Source: a phage
Sequence record: OZ346219.1
Direction: 5' to 3' (one strand)
DNA: 64,000 nucleotides
Below the pieces are notes generated by a model. That model had not been told where the DNA came from, ran no database searches, and was given only the letters and a program-made list of their open reading frames with translations. Position numbers and translations under genes: made by a program. Below, piece by piece: positions 31,920 through 38,729 of the stretch. Each line of letters begins with the position of its first letter. The stretch's first letter is position 1.

Positions 31920-32632
31920 AGATCCTTATTTGCTTCAAATACTGCCTTTGCGAATCCTCGCGGGGTAAGTGACCTGATAGTCTTTGTTTTCGTTCCTTTC
32001 CCGCCTAGCTTAGAATGCTGTTTACTGTACCCTTTATTAATCTGCAACGGTTTCTTTTCTGGCATTATAAAGCCTTGTCCGGTCCATAAGCAAGTCTTTT
32101 TCGGGTACATATCACGGGCGGCGATATACTCAGGAAAAGTAGGATGTTTATCATCTTCCGGCAAATAACCGCCATATTCCCACGGGTGGAACATGTAATC
32201 AGGCTTACGCCACATGCTAGAGATAACGCTTACAGGATTCTCTATCATGTAGGGAACTCCTAGCCATTCACCCAAATAAGCGGTTATTTTAGCTGCCCTT
32301 ACATCATGAACTTGAATCAATGGTCCTTGTTCTCGTTTCTTTCGTTCAAAGTGTGCAGCGCCACTAACAGCTAAATTGGTGCACGGTGGGAATGCAAAGA
32401 TAATATCCGGTTTCCCCCATTCAAGGTCCATTGCTCTTTCCAGCCAGTTCAAATCAATCCAGGTGTTTACATAGGTAATGTTTGGATGTTCAAATCTGGT
32501 ATTATACTTTTTGTATGTGCCGTGGTCGCCATCATCAGCATTAAAGCAGATCACCTTATGACCTGCTTTAGCCCATTCTAGCCCCATTATCCCCGATCCG
32601 TCAAAGTTACAGAATATTAATTTTTGTTTCAT
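31916..32632 (-). CDS. C5-methyltransferase-like protein (putative)
   Basis: 238 aa; FCNFDGSG (motif I-like), FAFPPCTNLAVSGA (PC motif IV-like), YMIENPV (ENV motif VI-like). Confidence 0.5.
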   Translation of the reverse strand: MKQKLIFCNFDGSGIMGLEWAKAGHKVICFNADDGDHGTYKKYNTRFEHPNITYVNTWIDLNWLERAMDLEWGKPDIIFAFPPCTNLAVSGAAHFERKKREQGPLIQVHDVRAAKITAYLGEWLGVPYMIENPVSVISSMWRKPDYMFHPWEYGGYLPEDDKHPTFPEYIAARDMYPKKTCLWTGQGFIMPEKKPLQINKGYSKQHSKLGGKGTKTKTIRSLTPRGFAKAVFEANKDL

Positions 32633-32874
32633 ATACGCCCCTTTAATCCAACACAGATTTTAGAAGGTTCTTTGCCGTGCCACATTAAGTAAAGTCCGTT
32701 AATGCGGCCTTGTTTTGTATATGATTCTTTTCTGATCTTCTTATAGTGTCGTGTTTCCTCAACTGATTGTTTAGAATACCAATCATAAAGGAAGAGGCAC
32801 AAAGGCCAACCATTAGCGGCCTTTGTGCAGTTATTAAGAAATTCCTTATTGCGTTTAATTAATTTTCTTTTCAC
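32629..32874 (-). CDS. hypothetical protein (81 aa)
   Basis: ATGA overlaps with neighbours. Confidence 0.5.
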   Translation of the reverse strand: MKRKLIKRNKEFLNNCTKAANGWPLCLFLYDWYSKQSVEETRHYKKIRKESYTKQGRINGLYLMWHGKEPSKICVGLKGRI

Positions 32875-33122
32875 GCTGCCCCCATTGGTTTGATAGTAAC
32901 AGAATCTAAAAGACCTTTGTTAGCCAGTTCGCGGCAAGTTTTCAGATCCGCAACTTCCCAGCCAGCCGCAATCAGGTTATCAATGAGGCTGTTAGCAACT
33001 TCTTCGCTCATGAAAGAGCACTGTTTGCCGATGGTGTAGCGTACACGCTGTAATTTCAGTTTACGGAAGCCTTTAACGTTCAGGTCTTTAGCGATTTTCT
33101 TTGCGGTTTCGATGTTAGCCAT
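32871..33122 (-). CDS. hypothetical protein (83 aa)
   Basis: conserved leader with RBS ggaga. Confidence 0.55.
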   Translation of the reverse strand: MANIETAKKIAKDLNVKGFRKLKLQRVRYTIGKQCSFMSEEVANSLIDNLIAAGWEVADLKTCRELANKGLLDSVTIKPMGAA

Positions 33123-33152
33123 TGTTTGATTCTCCTAAGTGGTATCTCGTCT

Positions 33153-33181
33153 TGATGGTTGTATTGTAGGGGAGTTATCCT
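33153..33181 (-). promoter_or_regulatory. sigma70-like early promoter cassette with stem-loop (PeSL-like)
   Basis: TTGACA-N17-TACAAT; stem-loop ggggagttatcctcccc. Confidence 0.6.
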
Positions 33182-33205
33182 CCCCTGTCAACACTTTTTA
33201 TAAAA

Positions 33206-33373
33206 TTATTTGTTAATTTCCGGTGCGTTGCTCGGATAGTAACCTTCTTTAACACCCAGATATTTTGCAACCATCCCTACAATCTTCTGTGCTACTACAA
33301 TGTCAAATTTCAGATAATCTTCGCCGTGGGTTTCAATGATATATGCTTCACATGCTGCTTTAGTCTCGAACAT
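33206..33373 (-). CDS. small protein (55 aa), copy A of duplicated gene
   Basis: MFETKAACEAYIIETHGEDYLKFDIVVAQKIVGMVAKYLGVKEGYYPSNAPEINK; paralog at 36492-36659. Confidence 0.5.
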   Translation of the reverse strand: MFETKAACEAYIIETHGEDYLKFDIVVAQKIVGMVAKYLGVKEGYYPSNAPEINK

Positions 33374-33407
33374 TTTGATTCTCCTATTTCGTTTCGTTAT
33401 GTGTGTA

Positions 33408-33436
33408 TTATAGGGGATCTCCCGATCCCCGTCAAC
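33408..33436 (-). promoter_or_regulatory. sigma70-like early promoter cassette with stem-loop (PeSL-like)
   Basis: TTGACG-N17-TATAAT; stem-loop ggggatctcccgatcccc. Confidence 0.6.
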
Positions 33437-33449
33437 AACTTTTTTAAAA

Positions 33450-33731
33450 TTATTCGTGATTAGTTTCGATGTTGTGCATTTTGCACCAGTTCAGCCAATC
33501 GCCCAGATCTTGATAGTTGATGCTTTTATCTGCTGCCATCGTTTTTGTCTTGATACCCATATGTGCGTTATGAGTAAGCATTTTTACAGTGAACTCGATT
33601 TTATCGCCTTTAGCTTTAACATCAACCAGTTTTGTCCACTGGCTACCAGCACCGCGAATGTTCATACCAACGATGTTTCCGATGTATGCTTCTTTGTTTT
33701 TCAGGATTTCGGTTGCTTTGATGAATTTCAT
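33450..33731 (-). CDS. hypothetical protein (93 aa)
   Basis: ORF with leader/RBS. Confidence 0.55.
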   Translation of the reverse strand: MKFIKATEILKNKEAYIGNIVGMNIRGAGSQWTKLVDVKAKGDKIEFTVKMLTHNAHMGIKTKTMAADKSINYQDLGDWLNWCKMHNIETNHE

Positions 33732-33763
33732 TTTTGATTCTCCAGTTCGTTTCGGTATGGGTG

Positions 33764-33792
33764 TATTATGCTATGTTCTTACTTTGGTGTCA
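33764..33792 (-). promoter_or_regulatory. sigma70-like early promoter cassette (PeSL-like)
   Basis: TTGACA-N17-CATAAT. Confidence 0.6.
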
Positions 33793-33802
33793 ACAACTTT
33801 TT

Positions 33803-34072
33803 TTAGATATTTTCAGAAATAAATTTTAAAACTTGACGTAAATGTTTCTCATCTTTGATAGTCGCCGGAAGTTCTTCTTTTACTTCCTGTGCAAGATAGA
33901 TATTTCCGTTCCAAGTGAAAGATCCGTCTTCGTTTACGCGATAGCTGAACATCCACTCGCAATCATTTTCGATTTCATATACACACAGAAGGGTGTAATC
34001 GTTAAAGCTATTGATTTCAAGGTCGAAGCCGTGACGTTTTGCAAAGTTGGTAGTGGTTTTAGTCAGCGCCAT
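33803..34072 (-). CDS. hypothetical protein (89 aa)
   Basis: ORF with RBS ggag. Confidence 0.55.
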   Translation of the reverse strand: MALTKTTTNFAKRHGFDLEINSFNDYTLLCVYEIENDCEWMFSYRVNEDGSFTWNGNIYLAQEVKEELPATIKDEKHLRQVLKFISENI

Positions 34073-34111
34073 TGTTTGATTCTCCTAAGTGGTATCTCGT
34101 TTCGATGGGTG

Positions 34112-34140
34112 TATTATGCTATAGGCGTGATCTGGTGTCA
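34112..34140 (-). promoter_or_regulatory. sigma70-like early promoter cassette (PeSL-like)
   Basis: TTGACA-N17-CATAAT. Confidence 0.6.
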
Positions 34141-34164
34141 ACAACTTTTTTAATTTTTTGGAAA

Positions 34165-34190
34165 TAAAAAAGCCGACACTAAGGTCGGCT
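34165..34190 (-). terminator. rho-independent terminator (leftward)
   Basis: A-run + agccgac actaag gtcggct. Confidence 0.55.
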
Positions 34191-34201
34191 AATAAAATCA
34201 T

Positions 34202-34507
34202 TTAGACAAAATAATCATTCAGTGCAATCCGGTCGGCGTATGCTGGTGTTACGTCAATCGCAATCACTTTAACGCGTGCTTTCTTGCGACCTGGGTTTTC
34301 TCGTAACCAGTGCTCATGACCGTGAACATTTTTATACTTTGATGCTTCTTCAAATGTACGGATCGGACCTGGATAATCTGCGTAAAGGATCTCTAGGTCT
34401 TCGGTGATGTAAAAATATACATCATAATTACTGTTCTCTAGTTTAAGCAGAGACTTTCGGAACATTGGGAGATTTTCGCGGGTAAATTCAAAGATATTAT
34501 CTTTCAT
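34202..34507 (-). CDS. small protein, HxHW paralog family member
   Basis: 101 aa; HGHEHWL...RVKVIAIDV. Confidence 0.55.
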   Translation of the reverse strand: MKDNIFEFTRENLPMFRKSLLKLENSNYDVYFYITEDLEILYADYPGPIRTFEEASKYKNVHGHEHWLRENPGRKKARVKVIAIDVTPAYADRIALNDYFV

Positions 34508-34531
34508 AGTATTATCCTCAATAGTTTGATG

Positions 34532-34555
34532 AAAAGGGGTGGGGCTTAACGCCCC
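34532..34555 (-). terminator. rho-independent terminator (leftward)
   Basis: A-run + ggggcttaacgcccc (same hairpin as at 30513). Confidence 0.5.
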
Positions 34556-34560
34556 GTATA

Positions 34561-34848
34561 TTAAAACAGTCCTTCCTGTACACCGTAGTAGAGTTCATCG
34601 CTGATAATTTCATTAATGCGACGGTGTGCATATTCCTGATTTGCGAAGTTATCAGCAAGTTCTACTTTAGTTTCTCCGTCATGAGTCCATTTAGTGATAA
34701 CTTTACCATCTGCAAATTTGAAGTTGAACTCTTTAGCTACTGCATCGCGTACCAGACGTGCGAACTTGTTATTACGGATTGCATTATCGGTTTCGTGTGC
34801 AGCGTGAGCGAATTTGTTAACTTTCAGAGTGATAGTAATGTATGCCAT
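34561..34848 (-). CDS. hypothetical protein (95 aa), AKEFN family
   Basis: RLVRDAVAKEFNFK; paralogous to 37855-38166. Confidence 0.55.
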   Translation of the reverse strand: MAYITITLKVNKFAHAAHETDNAIRNNKFARLVRDAVAKEFNFKFADGKVITKWTHDGETKVELADNFANQEYAHRRINEIISDELYYGVQEGLF

Positions 34849-34894
34849 AATTTGATTCTCCTAGTTAGAAAGTGTATCTCGTTTCGATGGGTGT

Positions 34895-34923
34895 ATTATG
34901 CTATACACCCGATCTTATGTCAA
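34895..34923 (-). promoter_or_regulatory. sigma70-like early promoter cassette (PeSL-like)
   Basis: TTGACA-N17-CATAAT. Confidence 0.6.
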
Positions 34924-34929
34924 CACTTT

Positions 34930-35208
34930 TTATAAAATAATTTTTTGATATTTTTCTATGATGTTTGTGTAGGTCACGTCAACCGCTAGCACCGTTGCTT
35001 CGAATCCACCGTTTAGCCAATGGCTATGATCATGATCGTGAAAGAAACCAAGACCAGTACGAAGACCTTCTTTATATTCGGCGCGTACATTTAGATCATC
35101 ATCGATAAACAGATAAAACCATGAATTTTTACTAGGATTGATGATACAACCTTTCAGATTAGGGAGAATATCACGACTAAGAATAAACTTATCACCTACT
35201 TTGAACAT
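34930..35208 (-). CDS. small protein, HxHW paralog family member
   Basis: HDHSHWL...ATVLAVDV; start set at MFKVGDKF with RBS (track ORF starts 35223). Confidence 0.5.
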   Translation of the reverse strand: MFKVGDKFILSRDILPNLKGCIINPSKNSWFYLFIDDDLNVRAEYKEGLRTGLGFFHDHDHSHWLNGGFEATVLAVDVTYTNIIEKYQKIIL

Positions 35209-35212
35209 AATA

Positions 35213-35533
35213 TTAGTCCTCATTTATAAGGTCAAACCAATTGTTTTTCGCATAATGCTTAATGCGTGCTTGATCTGCTTCCGCTGGTGATAGATTCCAT
35301 GCAACCACTACAACTTCTGACGCATCGTCATCCGTTTCTGATACCCAATGATTGTGATTCATACAGTTATTTGCGATCGAGTGAGCAAATGATTTCATCA
35401 CTGGAGACGTATAATCATAGTAACGGATTTTCAGATTTTCATCAACGTACAAATAGATCGTATAAGGTTTATATTCAGTAACCAGTAACAGACAGTTACG
35501 CAATTCTGGGAAAATCTTTTTAGTTAATTTCAT
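35213..35533 (-). CDS. small protein, HxHW paralog family member
   Basis: MNHNHWV...EVVVVAW; start set at MKLTKKIF with RBS gagg (track ORF starts 35614). Confidence 0.5.
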   Translation of the reverse strand: MKLTKKIFPELRNCLLLVTEYKPYTIYLYVDENLKIRYYDYTSPVMKSFAHSIANNCMNHNHWVSETDDDASEVVVVAWNLSPAEADQARIKHYAKNNWFDLINED

Positions 35534-35534
35534 T

Positions 35535-35753
35535 TTATAATCCTCGGTCGCGGCTATAGTACACGGTACGCCATACAATTTCATGTTTCGTGTCGCTCCA
35601 GCACACGATCTCATTTACTCTTAAATCTTTGTTATCAACAAAAGATGAACATTGTGACGCTTCTTTCATCATTTTATCTGCTGTTTTCTCATCAAATACA
35701 GCACAGATTTCTTTATACACTCGATAATCTTTGAATTGACTCTGAATACCCAT
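35535..35753 (-). CDS. small protein, tandem paralog B
   Basis: FKDYRVYKEICAVFDEKTADKMMKEASQCSSF aligns with upstream paralog. Confidence 0.45.
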   Translation of the reverse strand: MGIQSQFKDYRVYKEICAVFDEKTADKMMKEASQCSSFVDNKDLRVNEIVCWSDTKHEIVWRTVYYSRDRGL

Positions 35754-35976
35754 AATTAACACCATTCCAACCAATTGTTTTTGAGAAAACGTTTATCCAC
35801 TGTTGAGTGTAACATGTTTCTTTCCATGATACAATACGAGTAGAATAATGGTTTTTGTTTCCAGAAAAGGACGGGCATTTTGATGCATCTTCCATCATCT
35901 TTTCGGCGAACTCTGGTGCGTATACTCGCAGGATCTGTTGATATGCTTTGTATTCTTTAAATTTGCTCATAATCAT
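35713..35976 (-). CDS. small protein, tandem paralog A
   Basis: FKEYKAYQQILRVYAPEFAEKMMEDASKCPSF. Confidence 0.45.
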   Translation of the reverse strand: MIMSKFKEYKAYQQILRVYAPEFAEKMMEDASKCPSFSGNKNHYSTRIVSWKETCYTQQWINVFSKTIGWNGVNYGYSESIQRLSSV

Positions 35977-36235
35977 TCACTACCTTATCAGCTTCTTTTG
36001 TTGTTTTTACATCAACTGCGATAACTCGTAAAGGTTCGTCATGGTTCCACCAGTGGTCATGAATATCAGCTTGTGATTTATCACCAAAGGAATCACGAAT
36101 ATCATTTTTACATTTATAGCTAATGTGACCTTCATAGTCAACATAAAGGTAATTATCGAAAATCGGCGTTTTTAAGATCATACCGAAAAATCTTTCTTTG
36201 TGTGTCTTATCCAGCGTTGCAGTAATTCGCATCAT
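35957..36235 (-). CDS. small protein, HxHW paralog family member
   Basis: IHDHWWN...LRVIAVDV; RBS agagga. Confidence 0.55.
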   Translation of the reverse strand: MMRITATLDKTHKERFFGMILKTPIFDNYLYVDYEGHISYKCKNDIRDSFGDKSQADIHDHWWNHDEPLRVIAVDVKTTKEADKVVNDYEQI

Positions 36236-36247
36236 AATATATTCCTC

Positions 36248-36427
36248 TTAGAAAGGGATGGTCATTTCTTGAGCTTGTACGTTCTCGTTAGGATTAAACT
36301 TCATCCAGCCGATATTGTCTACCAGCATATGCACATTTTTATCATATCCTACGTGGGTAGTCAATACTGTATGTGCTTTACCTTCAATGATGAGTTCCAT
36401 GTACTTCTGAACTTCGATAGCTTTCAT
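36248..36427 (-). CDS. small hypothetical protein (59 aa)
   Basis: conserved leader/RBS; below track size cut-off. Confidence 0.4.
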   Translation of the reverse strand: MKAIEVQKYMELIIEGKAHTVLTTHVGYDKNVHMLVDNIGWMKFNPNENVQAQEMTIPF

Positions 36428-36459
36428 TTTGATTCTCCGTTTGTTGTCTTGATGGGAGT

Positions 36460-36488
36460 ATCTTACTACTCCCTTTAATCATTGTCAA
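36460..36488 (-). promoter_or_regulatory. sigma70-like early promoter cassette with stem-loop (PeSL-like)
   Basis: TTGACA-N17-TAAGAT; stem-loop gggagtatcttactactccc. Confidence 0.55.
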
Positions 36489-36491
36489 CTA

Positions 36492-36659
36492 TTATTTGTT
36501 AATTTCCGGTGCGTTGCTCGGATAGTAACCTTCTTTAACACCCAGATATTTTGCAACCATTCCGGTGATCTTCTGTGCTACTACGATATCGAATTTCAGG
36601 TAGTCTTCACCGTGGTTTGCTACAATGTATGCTTCGCATTCTGCTTTAGTCTGGAACAT
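36492..36659 (-). CDS. small protein (55 aa), copy B of duplicated gene
   Basis: MFQTKAECEAYIVANHGEDYLKFDIVVAQKITGMVAKYLGVKEGYYPSNAPEINK. Confidence 0.5.
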   Translation of the reverse strand: MFQTKAECEAYIVANHGEDYLKFDIVVAQKITGMVAKYLGVKEGYYPSNAPEINK

Positions 36660-36691
36660 TTTTGATTCTCCTATCTCGTTGGTATGTGTGC

Positions 36692-36720
36692 ATTATAGGG
36701 GATCACCGATCCCCTGTCAA
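36692..36720 (-). promoter_or_regulatory. sigma70-like early promoter cassette with stem-loop (PeSL-like)
   Basis: TTGACA-N17-TATAAT; stem-loop ggggatcaccgatcccc. Confidence 0.6.
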
Positions 36721-36725
36721 CAACT

Positions 36726-37019
36726 TTATAATGCTTTATATGCGTATTTCATAAATTTGTCTGCCACTTCATTGGCATGTTCAGATTCTACGCCTGATTC
36801 TAGAACAATAGCTAGGTCGGTTTCGTCATTCCCGCCGTACCAATGATTTGATGTTCGATTTTTTTCAATTGGAAATTGGTCACTTTTATCTGTGCGACAA
36901 AATACATCTAAATGCTCGTCGATGTAAAAGATCCAATCTTCATAAAGAATAACGGTATTAGCCAGATTTTTATTGCCTTCAACGAAAGGTTCGGCTACAA
37001 ACAAATTAGTATGTTCCAT
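36726..37019 (-). CDS. small protein, HxHW paralog family member
   Basis: SNHWYGG...LAIVLESGV; start set at MEHTNLF with RBS gagga (track ORF starts 37076). Confidence 0.45.
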   Translation of the reverse strand: MEHTNLFVAEPFVEGNKNLANTVILYEDWIFYIDEHLDVFCRTDKSDQFPIEKNRTSNHWYGGNDETDLAIVLESGVESEHANEVADKFMKYAYKAL

Positions 37020-37035
37020 AGTATTTTCCTCAAAA

Positions 37036-37227
37036 TTATACAGCTTCGTAAACTTCCCAATGTCCAACACCAGCACGCTTAACGAAAAGGTTTTCTTTTA
37101 TGTTATTCATAAACGTCTGGATGGATTTAATGCGGTTTGAAGGTTTCCATTCTTCGTTGGCATTGCGTCGATACATCATAACATTACCAGTTCGCTTATA
37201 TTCAGCAACCATTTTAAGACCACACAT
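37036..37227 (-). CDS. hypothetical protein (63 aa)
   Basis: ORF only. Confidence 0.35.
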   Translation of the reverse strand: MCGLKMVAEYKRTGNVMMYRRNANEEWKPSNRIKSIQTFMNNIKENLFVKRAGVGHWEVYEAV

Positions 37228-37283
37228 AATATTATCCTCAATTTGTGGGAGAGTATTACCCTCCCGATTATTGTTATACTACA

Positions 37284-37586
37284 TTACGCAAAATGGCGTG
37301 TCAATGCTTCTTTTGCTGTTCCGCTAAGATTCTCGATCTCTCCTGGCATAACCTCAACCGCAAGAACTTCTACAACATCCTCTGATCCTAACCAGTGAGT
37401 ATGACCTTTGTAGAACTTGATATCCCATTTATCGCTATCGCTAGCCCACCACACATCACCGTCGATAAAGTTGATGTAAAGCACACTACGACACATTGAA
37501 TTAATTACTTTCAATACTGCGCCTTTCATCTCTTCCACGGTATGGTCTTCCATTTTGAAGACCTCGCCTACCTTAACTTTTGCCAT
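37284..37586 (-). CDS. small protein, HxHW paralog family member
   Basis: GHTHWLGSEDVVEVLAVEV. Confidence 0.55.
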   Translation of the reverse strand: MAKVKVGEVFKMEDHTVEEMKGAVLKVINSMCRSVLYINFIDGDVWWASDSDKWDIKFYKGHTHWLGSEDVVEVLAVEVMPGEIENLSGTAKEALTRHFA

Positions 37587-37603
37587 TTAGTCACCTCTCT
37601 TTA

Positions 37604-37786
37604 TTACATAACAATCACGCCAGCCGTTGAAAGTTGATGTTTCAACTGAGCATTTTCTGCTACCGTCAAATCAATGATTTCTTGTGACGCTGCAATCATA
37701 TAGCCATTGGTGATATTGTTTTGCATCAGTTCAATGGTTTCTTCGTTGTAGCGGATTTTAGCGATGATTTCGTTGAAGTTCATAAT
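37604..37786 (-). CDS. small hypothetical protein (60 aa)
   Basis: start set at MNFNEIIAK after leader RBS ggaga (track ORF starts 37849). Confidence 0.4.
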   Translation of the reverse strand: MMNFNEIIAKIRYNEETIELMQNNITNGYMIAASQEIIDLTVAENAQLKHQLSTAGVIVM

Positions 37787-37817
37787 TGATTCTCCTAGTT
37801 CGTTTCGGTATGTGTGT

Positions 37818-37846
37818 AGTATAGGGGATCGGTGATCCCCTGTCAA
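37818..37846 (-). promoter_or_regulatory. sigma70-like early promoter cassette with stem-loop (PeSL-like)
   Basis: TTGACA-N17-TATACT; stem-loop ggggatcggtgatcccc. Confidence 0.6.
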
Positions 37847-37854
37847 CAACTTTT

Positions 37855-38166
37855 TTAAAGTTTTTCCATGATAACGGTCATAATTACATCTTCTGCGCGA
37901 GCGGTCAGATTATCAGCGTCAGCATGTGGGCGGTTGGTTGTTACAGAGATAACACCGTTGCGCACTGGTTTGATGTTGATATCAAGATGATCCGCGAAAC
38001 GTTCGCCAGTTACAGAATGAATTTTGGTGTTAAATTCTTTTGCCAGTGCCTTGCGAACTTCACGAATCAGGGTAGCGTTTTTCAGTTGGTTCTCCGCGCT
38101 CATGGTCTTCTTGGTGTTCATGGTTCCGTCGAAGTCAATCATTGGCAGCGTTACGATGTATTTCAT
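37855..38166 (-). CDS. hypothetical protein (103 aa), AKEFN family
   Basis: REVRKALAKEFNTK; start set at MKYIVTLP after leader RBS. Confidence 0.5.
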   Translation of the reverse strand: MKYIVTLPMIDFDGTMNTKKTMSAENQLKNATLIREVRKALAKEFNTKIHSVTGERFADHLDINIKPVRNGVISVTTNRPHADADNLTARAEDVIMTVIMEKL

Positions 38167-38211
38167 TTTTGATTCTCCGTTTAAGAAAGTGTGTTTCGTT
38201 TTGATGTGTGT

Positions 38212-38240
38212 AGTATAGGGGATCACCGATCCCCTGTCAA
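38212..38240 (-). promoter_or_regulatory. sigma70-like early promoter cassette with stem-loop (PeSL-like)
   Basis: TTGACA-N17-TATACT; stem-loop ggggatcaccgatcccc. Confidence 0.6.
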
Positions 38241-38252
38241 CAACTTTTTGAA

Positions 38253-38729
38253 TTATTTTTCTTGATGCTCGCGATCGTACTTTTCGAAATAAAATTCTAC
38301 TGGCTGGTCATGAATTGACAGTAAGCCAAAGCGTTTAGCCGCTCGCAATCCCATATTGCGCTGAATGTACTTCTGGAAGTTCTCGCGTATACACTTACGC
38401 CAGTATTCTAAGCCCATACAGCTTTTATAAAGATTGCATTGCACACACGCCGGATTCATGTTATCAAGTATATCATGTTCCGGTTTATGCATTCCTACAA
38501 CCTTATACTTCCACGATCCATCATCATTACGGGCAATTCGTCCATTTTCATCATAGACTACCTTTGAGCGTCGCAATACTGGTTTGATGTGGTCTGCGTG
38601 CCAGCGATCCCCTAGTTCCTCGCCACAATAGGCACAACGTCCACCATATTTCATTTTCAGGATCTGGCGTTGCTCTTTCTTTGACATTTTTTTAGGTTTA
38701 GGGGCTTTCGCCCCTTCATTATCACACAT
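38253..38729 (-). CDS. HNH endonuclease
   Basis: 158 aa; CAYCG...HADHIKP...CVQCN HNH motif. Confidence 0.65.
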   Translation of the reverse strand: MCDNEGAKAPKPKKMSKKEQRQILKMKYGGRCAYCGEELGDRWHADHIKPVLRRSKVVYDENGRIARNDDGSWKYKVVGMHKPEHDILDNMNPACVQCNLYKSCMGLEYWRKCIRENFQKYIQRNMGLRAAKRFGLLSIHDQPVEFYFEKYDREHQEK

